From Anthoceros angustus (lineage: Eukaryota > Plantae > Anthocerotophyta): a stretch of 64,000 bases of DNA. This document shows, one piece after another, positions 50,148 to 62,444 of the stretch. The notes under the pieces were generated by a model. The model saw nothing but the letters and a program-made list of their open reading frames with translations. It had not been told where the DNA came from and searched no databases. The stretch's first letter is position 1. Each line of letters starts with the position of its first letter. Location of the stretch: assembly GCA_010909165.1 (NCBI GenBank), contig MU008164.1, positions 806,001-870,000 on the forward strand, written 5' to 3'. The position numbers and the translations under genes are program-made.

Positions 50148-50440
50148 CCGTGAGAGAAACATCGTTAGATAAAGTATGTAGAAAGGAAAGAATCCGCTCT
50201 CCCTGACAATGGAGAACATGATATCTCGGACAACGTCATGTGTAGCAATGCGCTGCCCACCTATTCGACAGCAAGCTAAGTGGGTCCTATAGTTGTCGAG
50301 ACGGGCACCACAATTGTAGGTCGTGAGAGAACAGGCCAGAGGTTGATGGAGTATAGCTACTCATGTGTTGATCATTACGAGTTTAGGGTATATGTGATCC
50401 TAGGGGTAGCTTGTTATTAAATTGGTGTACCCCTTCATTA

Positions 50441-53400
50441 GAGTTATGTCCTTAGGTGAATAGACATACCTTTTCATTTTAAGTTACATTGATTTTTCAT
50501 GCATAAGCAAGTTACTTCTTTCTTGATCTAACATAATATAATTATTCTTAAGTGATTAATTGACGTACATTATCCCTATAAATCGTCATGGTATCATGAT
50601 AATATAGGTTGCATCTAGAAGGATACACATTCTTTTGTGTATAAGAAGATTTGCACAAAAATAAATATTTGGTTGTTTCTTGATTAAAAAAGAAGTCTAA
50701 TTTTAAGAAAATAAAATTGTAATCAAGAAATGAATTTGGTGTTACTTTGTTTTTAGAAAATTCATACAAATTTGTAAATCTAGGTAAAATCCAAGTGTAT
50801 CTTAATTGGATTGTTCCATTGAGCAATCCAATGGAGACACACTAGGACAACTGCCTGATTGGCAGAATTGCACATACAAACGTACAAAGAAAAGAGATAT
50901 CCAGTGTTTCTGCATGTTAAGAACACAAATTCAGGCCAAATGAGATGGCCAGGTATGGAGGCCAGTAGTGGCAGCCTCGCCCTGTTGAGCTAATCCCAAA
51001 TAGGCAAAATAGACATAGAGTTCCTCATAGGCTCACTCTAGTTGATAATCTGCATAGTAGGGTTTACCAATGGAGCCATAGAAATCAAAACTTGCCTGTA
51101 TAGATCGTAGATCTAAAAGAAGCATTCAATACAATTGTGGAAACCCTATTTTCAGATGAAGCTCGTAATCTGATATTTGCTCTCCCACAAAGGAATCCAC
51201 AAAATCTGTCTCAAGTGAGGGTCACACGTGCTTTTGACAGAACCATGTACCAACAGGGGCAAGCAAAAACGGGAAAGGGAAACAAAAGGTGACTAAAGAG
51301 CCGAAGCAAAACATAAGATGGGTCATTGATCAAAGTCAAAGGGCAACGAACAAGACTATCGATTCACGAATTTCGGTGCTTACAGTTTGCTGTCGCATGG
51401 AGTCACGGAACTCCTCAATAAGGTAACAAGGTGCATATTTCTTCCAGTGAAACCCTTTCAGACTAAGAACATACGACCTGTACGTATCAGGATCCTGAAT
51501 TACTACCTCGAACTCATATGGCTTGACGGTGCAAAACAGGTTAAACTTTGGCTCTCCCTCATTGATGTCCATAGTGGCTCTTACAACCCAACCAGCCATA
51601 GCTAGCTCTTTGATTGGGTAGAGCCCCCCTGTACCCCATGATCTACAGTTTCAACAAGGGTGTCCATGACACACACTTCTCATCTGGATGTGGATCCTGC
51701 ACGAGCATCCAATCCTTGTCCATAACAACAATAGGATCAAGCTAACCACCAAGTCGCCTGAGGAGCACTATCTGCTCGTATCGGAACGAAGAAGAAATTG
51801 GGGCTGGCACAGTTTGCTTCGCTCTTTTCACAACCTTCTCCATGCCTTGTCCGCCACCACCCTTTGATGTGCTATTCTTCGCTGACGACATGCTCCGGTT
51901 TTTACGCGGCAATGTGCCCTCCCATACCTACATCGACTACATGTTGCATTGGCAAGGTGCCCCATGTGCGACTTGGTAGGTTGCGCCTCCGCAATTCGGT
52001 TCCCGAGGGAGCTGTCTTTGCCTTGCTTGCACCCCTAGTTTTCTTTGGCTTCCGGGGAGCCACTAGCGGGTCGTCGACTGGGTCTACCTGATCCTTCTTG
52101 CTCCTCCTCCCGCTTGCCATCTTCCTGCGAACAAACCCTAAAATATTTAGTAGAGAACGCAATGGCATAGTTGTTCAAATTCTCTGCAAGGATGAACAAT
52201 GGACCTTTCTCCGGCCTACTATCTAGCTCACAAGAAGGCTGTCTCGCGTTTGCCTCCCAACTCCGAAGCATTTGATGAAGGTTGCTCTTCAGCTCTGTTG
52301 CTTTAGAGCGCGTTGCCCCCCGCAGCTTGGAAGCCCTAGATCGCACCTGAATTGTGCCTAAATTCTGCAAGCAAATAGAGTTTCAAGCAAGCCCACACAT
52401 TACTTCCGCTGGTAAGGACTTATGTGCAAGCGAGCCATACCATAATGCAAACCGCCATAAAAACAAGTTTGGTTATTAGGGTTTCCTTGCCCCTCCTGTA
52501 AATATATCCCAAAACGCGGCTAAATTGGCGGACACCATATTTAAGCAGGCCCTAGTTTAAACCCCAATTGTCCAATAATCATATTCTCTTTAGTAGCAGT
52601 TTGCTGCTATTGTTGTAATCTGATCAATGTAAAATAGCGGGCGATTTATCGAGACATCTCTTGAGGATACGCAATCATGTTCAACTAATTAGGCAAGAAA
52701 CTAAGGCATTTCCCTCTTCGCTCTAGGCTAAGAGGTGTCTTCCTTTGAGTTATGTCCTTAGGTGAATAGACATACCTTTTCATTTTAAGTTACATTGATT
52801 TTTCATGCATAAGCAAGTTACTTCTTTCTTGATCTAACATAATATAATTATTCTTAAGTGATTAATTGACGTACATTATCCCTATAAATCGTCATGGTAT
52901 CATGATAATATAGGTTGCATCTAGAAGGATACACATTCTTTTGTGTATAAGAAGATTTGCACAAAAATAAATATTTGGTTGTTTCTTGATTAAAAAAGAA
53001 GTCTAATTTTAAGAAAATAAAATTGTAATCAAGAAATGAATTTGGTGTTACTTTGTTTTTAGAAAATTCATACAAATTTGTAAATCTAGGTAAAATCCAA
53101 GTGTATCTTAATTGGATTGTTCCATTGAGCAATCCAATGGAGACACACTAGGACAACTGCCTGATTGGCAGAATTGCACATACAAACGTACAAAGAAAAG
53201 AGATATCCAGTGTTTCTGCATGTTAAGAACACAAATTCAGCCAAATGAGATGGCGGTATGGAGGCCGATGAGTGACCTGCTGAGCTAATCCCAAATAGGC
53301 AAATAGACATAGAGTTCCTCATAGGCTCACTCTAGTTGATAATGCATAGTAGGGTTTACCAATGGAGCCATAGAAATCAAAACTTTTGTATAGATCGTAG

Positions 53401-56315
53401 ATCTAAAAGAAGCATTCAATACAATTGTGGAAACCCTATTTTCGATGAAGCTCGTAATCGATATTTGCTCTCCCACAAAGGAATCCACAAAATCATCTCA
53501 AGTGAGGGTCACACGTGCTTTTGATGTAACCATGTACCAAAAAGCAAAAACGGAAAGGAAACAAAAGGTGACTAAAGAAGCAAAACATAAGATGGGTCAT
53601 TGATCAAAGTCAAAGGCAACGAACAAGACTATCGATTCACGAATTTGGTGCTACAGATTTGCATGGAGTCACGAACTCCTCAATAAGGTAACAAGGTGCA
53701 TATTTCTTCCAAAGGAAACCCTTTGGACTAAGAACATACGACACATGCGTGTCGGATCTGAATTACTACCTCGAACTCATATGGCTTGACTGCAAAACAG
53801 TTAAACTTTGGCTCTCCTCATTGCTCAAGGTTTGTTAAGGCGGGCCTCCGCTGACGACTTCCTTTCACACCACCAGGACCCCTTAAAGCTGAGGTTCTCC
53901 ACTACGCCCAGGGTATGCGATCTTGCACCTAACCCACATGCAGGAAGGAGGTTGGAGTTCCTTTCTTTTGCAAGGCTCACATGCTATTCTTGGTCTATGT
54001 TGTTCGTTGCGTATGAGTGAAGCCAATGGCACTTATCACACAAGGCTCGGCGGCGTTTAGATGGGCTTCTCTTGAGCAGTAAAGATGCAAATTTCTAGGT
54101 GTCAAGAAACACCCGCGCAATAGTTGGCGGCGTCAGCACGCGCGTCGTCGTTGCCTACATAAACAACGTTGAAACATTCTAAATGGATCACATCATATTA
54201 TCTCTCACAACATAGACAAACAGTGGAAAAAATTTTGCAAGTTGAAGGTTACAACTTGCGTTAGAATCGATCATGTGCCAAGGATAGCAAAAGATCAATG
54301 CTAAGCGACCTCAACACAAACCTCTTCAATGCTTTTTTTTGGTTTTTTGAACATTGTGCATTTGCTCTAATAGAAGTAGAAGCGTTCGAAGGTGCGACAT
54401 TTTTGATTAAAGTCATACAATCTGTATTTATTAGCTTCACCGTGCACTTGATTAAGTGTCTTCATTAGCTTCTATATGGTGTGTGCTAGTAGAAAGGTGT
54501 CCATGACACACACTTCTCATCTGGATGTGGATCCTGCACGAGCATCCAATCCTTGTCCATAACAACAATAGGATCAAGCTAACCACCAAGTCGCCTGAGG
54601 AGCACTATCTTGCTCGTGCAGACGGAAAGAAGAATTAGAACGCACGTTTGCCGCTCTTTTCACAACCTTCTCCATGCCTTGTCCGCCACCACCCTTTGAT
54701 GTGCTATTCTTCGCTGACGACATGCTCCCGGATTTTGCCTGCCCCACAGAGGCAATGTGCCCTCCCATACCTACATCGACTACATGTTGCATTGGCAAGG
54801 TGCCCCCATGTGCAGACTTGGTAGGTTGCGCCTCCGGCAATTCGGTTCCCGAGGGAGCTGTTGTCTTTGCCTTGCTTGCACCCCTAGTTTTCTTTGGCTT
54901 CCGGGGAGCCACTAGCGGGTCGTCGACTGGGTCTACCTGATCCTTCTTGCTCCTCCTCCCGCTTGCCATCTTCCTGCGAACAAACCCTAAAATATTTAGT
55001 AGAGAACGCAATGGCATAGTTGTTCAAATTCTCTGCAAGGATGAACAATGGACCTTTCTCCGGCCTACTATCTAGCTCACAAGAAGGCTGTCTCGCGTTT
55101 GCCTCCCAACTCCGAAGCATTTGATGAAGGTTGCTCTTCAGCTCTGTTGCTTTAGAGCGCGTTGCCCCAGCGACTTGGAAGCCCTAGATCGCTTTGGTGT
55201 GCCTAAATTCTGCAAGCAAATAGAGTTTCAAGCAAGCCCACACATTACTTCCGCTGGTAAGGACTTATGTGCAAGCGAGCCATACCATAATGCAAACCGC
55301 CATAAAAACAAGTTTGGTTATTAGGGTTTCCTTGCCCTCCAGAATATATCCCAAAACGCTAAATTGGCGGACACCATATTTAAGCAGGCCCTAGTTTAAA
55401 CCCCAATTGTCCAATAATCATATTCTCTTTATTACAGCTACTGTTATATCAGTCTACAATGTAAAAATAACGATGATTTATCGAGACATCTCTTGAGGAT
55501 ACGCAATCATGTTCAACTAATTAGGCAAGAAACTAAGGCATTTCCCTCTTCGCTCTAGGCCGGCTAAGAGAGGTGTCTTCCTTTTGCATGTGTCTTCCTT
55601 TTCAAACATCCTCATTGCTCAAGGTTTGTTAAGGCAGGCCTCTTCCGCCTGTCGACGACTTCCTTTCACACCACCAGGACCCCTTAAAGCTGAGGTTCTC
55701 CACTACGCCCAGGGTATGCGATCTTGCACCTAACCCACATGCAGGAAGGAGGTTGGAGTTCCTTTCTTTTGCAAGGCTCACATGCTATTCTTGGTCTATG
55801 TTGTTCGTTGCGTATGAGTGAAGCCAATGGCACTTATCACACAAGGCTCCTGACGGCGTTTAGATGGGCTTCTCTTCAGAGCACGGTAAAGATGCAAATT
55901 TCTAGGTGTCGAAGAAACACCCCGCGCAATAGTTGGCGACGTCAACTGCCGACGTCTGCGTCCGTTGCCTACATAAGCAACGTTGAAACATTCTAAATGG
56001 ATCACATCATATTATCTCTCACAACATAGACAAACAGTGGAAAAAATTTTGCAAGTTGAAGGTTACAACTTGCGTTAGAATCGATCATGTGCCAAGGATA
56101 GCAAAAGATCAATGCTAAGCGACCTCAACACAAACCTCTTCAATGCTTTTTTTTGTTTTTTTGAACATTGTGCATTTGCTCTAATAGAAGTAGAAGCGTT
56201 CGAAGGTGCGACATTTTTGATTAAAGTCATACAATCTGTATTTATTAGCTTCACCGTGCACTTGATTAAGTGTCTTCATTAGCTTCTATATGGTGTGTGC
56301 TAGTAGAAAGGTGTC
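50441..56315. repeat. Shuffled segmental duplication A-B-A'-C-B'-C' of AT-rich, probably TE-derived or degenerate sequence
   Basis: A 50441-~51600 matches 52747-~53820, B ~51655-52746 matches ~54496-55590, and C ~53815-54495 matches ~55610-56315. The copies differ by many small deletions. No recognisable transposase, RT or integrase motif was found. Confidence 0.8.
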
Positions 56316-57153
56316 CGCAAATAGAAAAGTGTACATACTATGTTAGAGAAACAAGATTATCCACTTATTTCTGCTATATAAATATAGGTACCATGATTTG
56401 TAAGACATCATAATTTATGAAAAAAATCATGATGCCTCCATATGTTCCAAACAAGTACAAAGAATATAAGATATAATCTTCATCCACTCCATGATAAATA
56501 TTACATTCATGATTGACCGTCTTGAGTGGAGTTCTACAATTTTCTTTCCATCATTTTTCGAGATGCCGAGAGACTCAAGTATAGGAGATGGAAGGCCTTC
56601 CATTTGTCGCTGGATTGATATGCCGAGCAAATAAAAAGAGTAATTTAAGATTTGTTTTAAAACTACGGTTTAGTTTTGTATTCGGCGAAAATGAGTTTAG
56701 CCTGACAAGCGGATGATACATGGGAGATACGCCCACGGCCAGCGGTAAGCATGCCGCCTCGTCCTCACCTTGGCTTCTGGTTCTACTTCTCCTTCTCCCT
56801 CCCCGCTGAAGGCCTGGCTGGTTATCTGTTACTGGTGGACGCAGAAAGGCAACGGTGAGCAGCCGAGCAGAAGGAGGAAGCAGGAAGCAGGAAGGCAGGA
56901 GGTGGCAGAAGCGAAGGCATTGCCAGCCAAGTCCGAGACGCTCGAGCGCGGTCATGGCGGAGTCCGTGGCGCACGGCTGATTACCGCGCTGTCGAATTCC
57001 GCATGTGGAGACCGGTGCTGCAGCAGCTGGACCGGCAGGGGACTGCGGCCAGCCGGAGGCGCGCTGCGGGTCATGAGCGCAACGCAATTGCAGAGCTCTG
57101 CGAGTAGTCATCCCGTGTAGAGTCGGCGTGTAGGGACTAGGGGGGAGGGTTCC

Positions 57154-59217
57154 ATGGGGGCTCCCAAGCAGAAGTGGACGCCGGAGGAGGAGGCTGCGCT
57201 CCGAGCCGGCGTGGAGAAGTACGGGCCTGGGAAGTGGCGCCACATCCAAAAAGACGCCAAATTCGGCCCCTCCCTCACCTCCCGCTCCAATGTTGATCTT
57301 AAGGTCAAATACCTTCACCCTGCTCCTGCCCTGTTTCCGGCTTCCTGCACAATTCCAATCTTAGGGTTAGATGTACAGCACGGGCCCAGATTGCGAGCCA
57401 GCTTCATACAAGCTCAATTAGGTTGGAAGATTGGCGTACTTAGGGCTGCTGTTGCACCACTTCGAACCAGAGATGTCCACTCCTGCCACGGGAATGTGTG
57501 GGGTCTGCCCTCCCTAGGAGTTAGAGTGACAGTTAGGTCGTGTATACCAAATCTTTAATATTCCTCACGCACCATCGCCATGACAATCCCTAACTTCTGG
57601 CTTCTTGATATTTGTAGTCGCTCCTTAGCCTTAGGTTTGTGCTCTCGATTCCATGTCACCGGGATGGGACTTGGCCTAGGTTTGGGTGTATGGAGGATCT
57701 AGGGTTTCCTTCCTTGGAAATTTGTGTATCATGTTGTCTAGGTTGGACGATCTGTGGATGAGGCTAGCAGTTGCCGGTCAGCAGGCAATGTTCTGAGTGA
57801 GCTGGACTTGAACCTGAGTACGTCAGGCAGTGGGGAGGTTCTGGGATATGGGTTAACATGGCTGCCACTTTGTTCTGTTTTCGCAGGACAAATGGAGGAA
57901 TATGAGCGTGAGCTCCAATGGTCATGCATCCAGAGACAGGTCATCGAAACCGCTTGCTTTAACAGCAGCAACAGACTTGCTGAGCCTTGGTCTTGAGGAT
58001 CCTAATCCTCTGGGCCTTCCCAGTCCTGATGGATTAGCTGATGGGAAATCTATGATATTGGCAGACCCTGAGTTCATGTCCGGGAAACTTCTAGGACCAA
58101 GGTATGGATGTTGCTCGTTTTTTATTATTTTTTTTGCTCTCAGGATGGCGTAGTGGTTGTTGTATTAGTAGCTGTAGCAGTAGTAACAGCTTATTTGCTG
58201 ACTTGGAGAATTCATCTTGAATGAACGTGTCTCAATTGTTCCAGATTTGATGAGTTTGTGATGGAGGCCATCAGAGTTGCCAACGATCGGAATGGGTCAA
58301 ACTCTGGTGCGATTGCAACTTACATTGAGGTGAGCAGAACCATCTCCAACGCTCATCCAGAGCTTAGAGCTCAACAATTTTCAGCATCAACCGTGCCCGT
58401 GATTCTAACCCGGTTACTGTTAAGATGTTCAGGATGTGCCGTTATGTCTCTTTTTCCCGTGGTGAATTGATCTTCATATGTCTCAAACTTGTTTTCACAA
58501 ATGGAATTTTATTTCTTCATGTGCAGGAGCATCATCCTGTCCCCACCAACTTCCGAAGACTTTTAACAGCAAAGTTGAAGCAGCTGAGCATGGAAGGCAA
58601 GCTGGTGAAGGTAGGTTTCGTACGAGCTTGTGCCGTCTGGTTTTTAGTAGAGGGCGTTTGAAGCACATGTTGATCCTGTGAACTCCCTCGTGTTTGTGGC
58701 AGTTGCGCCAAAATTACAAAATCAGCAACAGTGAGACTTCACCGCCCTCAATAAATGGGGCGAAACCTGCCAAGCTACGGCCAATGCGAGGGCACGATAC
58801 GGACGCAGAGTTAAAACACAGCCCCAGATTTCCGCGAGAAGCCACGAAGAAAGTGCGAGGGAATTTCGGCGTGAAAAAAGCCCAAAAGAATGTTGATCTC
58901 GCCCGAGCCAGGATGAAAAATGCGCAGGAAGCAGCCCGGGCAGCTGCCCAGGCCGTTGCGGAGGCAGAGGCTGCAGCGACCGCCGCGGAGCTGGCCGCCA
59001 GAGAGGCCGAGGCTGCAGAGCAGGAGGCAGAAGCTGCCGAAGCTGCCGCAGAAGCCGCCCAAGCGGCCGTCAGACCACCGAAGAAAGGTGCCCACTCTTC
59101 TCCCTTCTTCCTCTTTTTGTCGGCCTTCGTGTGTTCTCCTTCCCCCACTTACCCTGCCGACATGCTGCAGCGAAACTGGTGTACAATTTTCCAGAGGCAA
59201 ATGCCGTGGAAGCCTAA
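57154..59217 (+). CDS. TRB: Telomere repeat-binding factor (single-Myb histone; Myb + GH1 + coiled coil)
   Basis: [31 protein letters not shown]...RSNVDLK|DKWRNM, a GH1-like region VMEAI...IATYIE|[23 protein letters not shown]|LRQNYKI, the Ala-rich coil [16 protein letters not shown]...[11 protein letters not shown], and a last exon EANAVEA*. Confidence 0.92.
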
Positions 59218-59540
59218 TCCGAGGGTCTTCGAATCACGGATGCTTGTTCTACTTCGGGCCTTCCTAATGTGGGGATTGTATTGTAAAACATGTATCAAAA
59301 ACGTCTTGTTGAAGATTTGCTCTGTTGGACTCATTGGTCTGCAAAATTCTTCCCATGCCTTGGCCACCCCCATCCGTCCCGGGATCCTCTAGCTCCTAGA
59401 CCCTCCTAGAACATAGATTTTGCCATTCAGACGACGAGACTTTCAGGTCTCCTATCTTTCTGTTCCCAGTTCCGAGCTGACAAGAGCTGGATGTCTGACA
59501 TATGGTGATTGTTAATATTATCCTGCGCTGTCCGCTGTTG

Positions 59541-59632
59541 TGGATGGAAGTTAACACTTCGTGAGGATGGAAGTTAACACTTCATGTGGATGGAAGTTAG
59601 CATTTCATGTGGATCGAAGTTAACACTTCATG
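59541..59632. repeat. Four tandem 23-bp units with a quasi-palindromic core
   Basis: (t/a)ggatggaagttaacacttc(g/a)tg occurs four times with 1-3 mismatches. Confidence 0.9.
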
Positions 59633-59773
59633 ACTTGAGGGTCAGTTATATGCTCTATGCTAACTGTTTAGGGTGCGGCCCGGTTTGAAATCCATGTTTG
59701 GCGCGTCGTCCTGTGTAAAGGTGGCCGACGGCTTGCTAGCAGAGCTGGCTTCCGCCGAGCAAGCCTGTCGGCC

Positions 59774-62242
59774 ATGGAAGCCACAGTGCTGGCCTGGCAA
59801 GCCCCCGGCGCGGGCTGCATGAAGGCGGCCCGGAACGGGCCGTCTTCCTCGCTCGTCAAGGTGGTGGCTGCGAGACGGGTCCCAGTCGCGCCGGGAGGCG
59901 AGCCGGCCTTGCTGGTGGTCAGAAGGATCAAGAAATGGCAGCAGGAAAAGGAAAAGGAACAGGAAAAGGCGGCGCCGGAGAAGGAACGGGAAAAGGCGGC
60001 GCCGGAGAAGGGACGGGCAAAGGCGGCGCCGGAGAAGGAACGGGCAAAGGCGGCGCCAGAGAAGGAGACGCAGCAGTACCGGCTGAAGGAAGGCGAGTGG
60101 GTTGCGGAGCTGGCGGACAGGCTTGGAGTCCGGGTGCAGGATCTGCAGGCGCTCAACCCGAGCGTGAACCTGGACCGGGTGTTCCCCCGGCAGGTGATCC
60201 TCATCCCCAAGCCGAAAGGAAGTTTTGCGGAAGGCGCACGGGAAGCGCTCGCTCTCCGGCCTTCTGTGCAGATTGTGGACTCCCTGGAAGCGGAATCGGA
60301 GCCCCAAGGGGAGGCGGAGCAGGATTTGGCAAAGCGGGGCCAGGACGGCGGAGCCGCGTTTCGTGCTGCTGAGTCGTCGGGAAAGAGCCAGGATGGGAGC
60401 ACCAAGGACAGCGGAGTCCGGTCTGGCGAATCGCGAGGCGCGGAACCTTCGGAGGAGGCGATGGAGGAGTATATGGTCCAGCCCGGGGATTATCTTGCGG
60501 ACATCGCTGCCAGGCACGGAGTGAAGCTCAAGGCGTTGATTGCCCTAAACAAGCTGAATTACGAGGATCGGATTCGAGTCGGCCAGATTCTTTTGCTGCC
60601 TCCGGATGAGCCATCTCATGTACTTGCCTGATGCCCCTGTCGCCAGTTTTGCTCACCATGTGAAGTTGAGGCTATAGTAGCTGAATTGTCCCGTCCCTTG
60701 TGGTGCTACAGAATGAAGGATCCTGTCTTTGCTCTGACCGTTTGCTCAGGCCTCTTTCTTGCCAGTCGTTGTCCATTTCAAGGTAGAAAACAGCCCCCAG
60801 TGTTGCTTGATAGCACAGATCCGTTCTGTTGCAGTGAGGGGAGGGGCAGAGTGGCTGATGTTCGTGTGTGCTGGTGGTGTTTGTCTTCAGTTTGAGATTC
60901 AGAGAACGTCGCAGGTGTCGTCTGTGTGGACGGTTGCGAGAGGGCTTCCGTATGATCCCATCTTCCAGGCGGCAGCTCTGCTGTCCGGCATTATTGTTGC
61001 TTGTGGGATGGTGGCTGCAAAGGGGAGGCAGCAGCCGGTGCAGGAGGGAGGGAGGAAGGTGCGGGTCCTGGGATCTGAGTTCTCGGGGAGATCGGGTCTG
61101 GGGTTTTGGTTTGGCCGGAGCAGGTATTCGCGCCAGTTGGAAGCTGCTGCCCAGTCGGTTGCATCCACTATCCTGTCTACCGTCCAGGGGGCAGATGGGG
61201 CGATGGTTGGGCATGGGTTTGCCACTGGGAAGTCTCAGCAGGAGGCCATCGAAGTAGCTTTCCGAGCAGCGTTGAGCTCGCTGAAACAGCCCTTGGCAAC
61301 CGTGGCTGTCTTTTCGCTGAGCAGGCTTCCTCAGAGCCGCATCCCAGCTGGTAAGAATGCTTCCACTGAGATGAGTGCATGTGGCATTTCGTTGTCCTGA
61401 GGCGACATTCGTCGGGCATTTGAAGCTTAGCAAAGCTGCTGCCGTGTTGATGCAGGTGTGAAAGCAGCAGATGCTGCAGCCTTGCTGACCAAGCTCATAC
61501 CGGAAGAGCTTCCTTCGTTCTCGGGAGTCATGACCTTGGGTGGAGGCGGGTTTCTCAGCCTGGCCAACTTGGAGAGCAAGGAGGGATCGCTTGAGGAGTG
61601 GGCTGCAGTGCTGCTATTCGCTGCCCCCGAGAACTCTATCAAGGTGGGCTGGGCTGCGCAAGGTGAGGGCGTCCAGCAGGCTGTCCAAACTGCTGCGGAA
61701 GAGCTAAAGCGGAAAGTAAGCCATGCTGCTTGAGTTTTCTTTCTCCACAGCCAAGTGTATATTTTTGAGATGCATTCTCGTTAATGACTGTCATCTCTGG
61801 ACGAAAATGTCTCTCTTCGTCCCTGTCAGCTTGTGCGCAGTGCAAAACTCAAAGCTGTGGTTGCCAATGTCTCGGGGAACAACGGGAAGGCCGTTCTGGA
61901 TGAGGTGAGTAGTGCAACTGTCGGCTTACTAGCTTCAACCTGGTTTTCGCTCCTGGGCTGACTCTGATGCATCTGTTGTGGTTGCAACAGCTTGCATCCA
62001 GTTTCCCCCAGGCGTCACTCTACGAAGTAAGTGCAGCAGGAGCCAAGCTTACAACAGCCTCGGATTGGCAGTTGACGGTGGGAGACGCCCCATCATCAGT
62101 CATTGCATCTGAAGGTGTCATCCTGTTTGGATTGACCACTGACGCAGACTTCGGTGGTGCCTTCTTCGCTAGTGTTTTAGGTCAGTGGTTGTATGGAAGG
62201 CACGTCCATGTGACCGCAAGACCACCATTATCACCAAAATAA
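59774..62242 (+). CDS. Putative organelle-targeted LysM-LysM-TM-FIST-like protein (3' end uncertain)
   Basis: Exon 1 (59774-60619) encodes two LysM motifs (YRLKEGEWVAELADRLGVRVQDLQALNP...RQVILIP and YMVQPGDYLADIAARHGVKLKALIALNKL...GQILLLP). A phase-consistent GT-AG intron 60620-60890 leads to a hydrophobic helix (PIFQAAALLSGIIVACGMVAA). Further exons 61456-61715, ~61830-61904 and ~61991-62180 splice in frame. Confidence 0.7.
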
Positions 62243-62444
62243 CTGATTCAGTACACATTCTTCGTTTGCGCCAGTTTCATCAAATTGATATTCCTAAACA
62301 ACAGAGGGACATGCAGGGGCTAGAATTTCCTACTGCCTGACCACGTAGAATATCATGGCAAACAGCGTAGCAACTTTGGCTTGGTTTCCGCTAACAAAAT
62401 AGGTCACGGCGGCAGCAGCGTGTCCTCGTGAAAACCACTTCCTG

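Noticed and set aside
49400-50440. Possible LTR/PBS region upstream of the duplicated block
   Set aside because: No paired LTR, no clear tRNA primer-binding site and no gag/pol motif were seen.
50548-50826. Identical 92-aa ORF at 50548-50826 and 52854-53132
   Set aside because: AT-rich, non-ATG start, and identical only because the segment is duplicated.
59541-59632. Regular short repeats resembling a CRISPR array
   Set aside because: The units are contiguous with no unique spacers, the context is eukaryotic and there are no cas genes.
59660-60517. Long minus-strand ORFs opposite the LysM exon
   Set aside because: Antisense shadows of a GC-rich repetitive exon.
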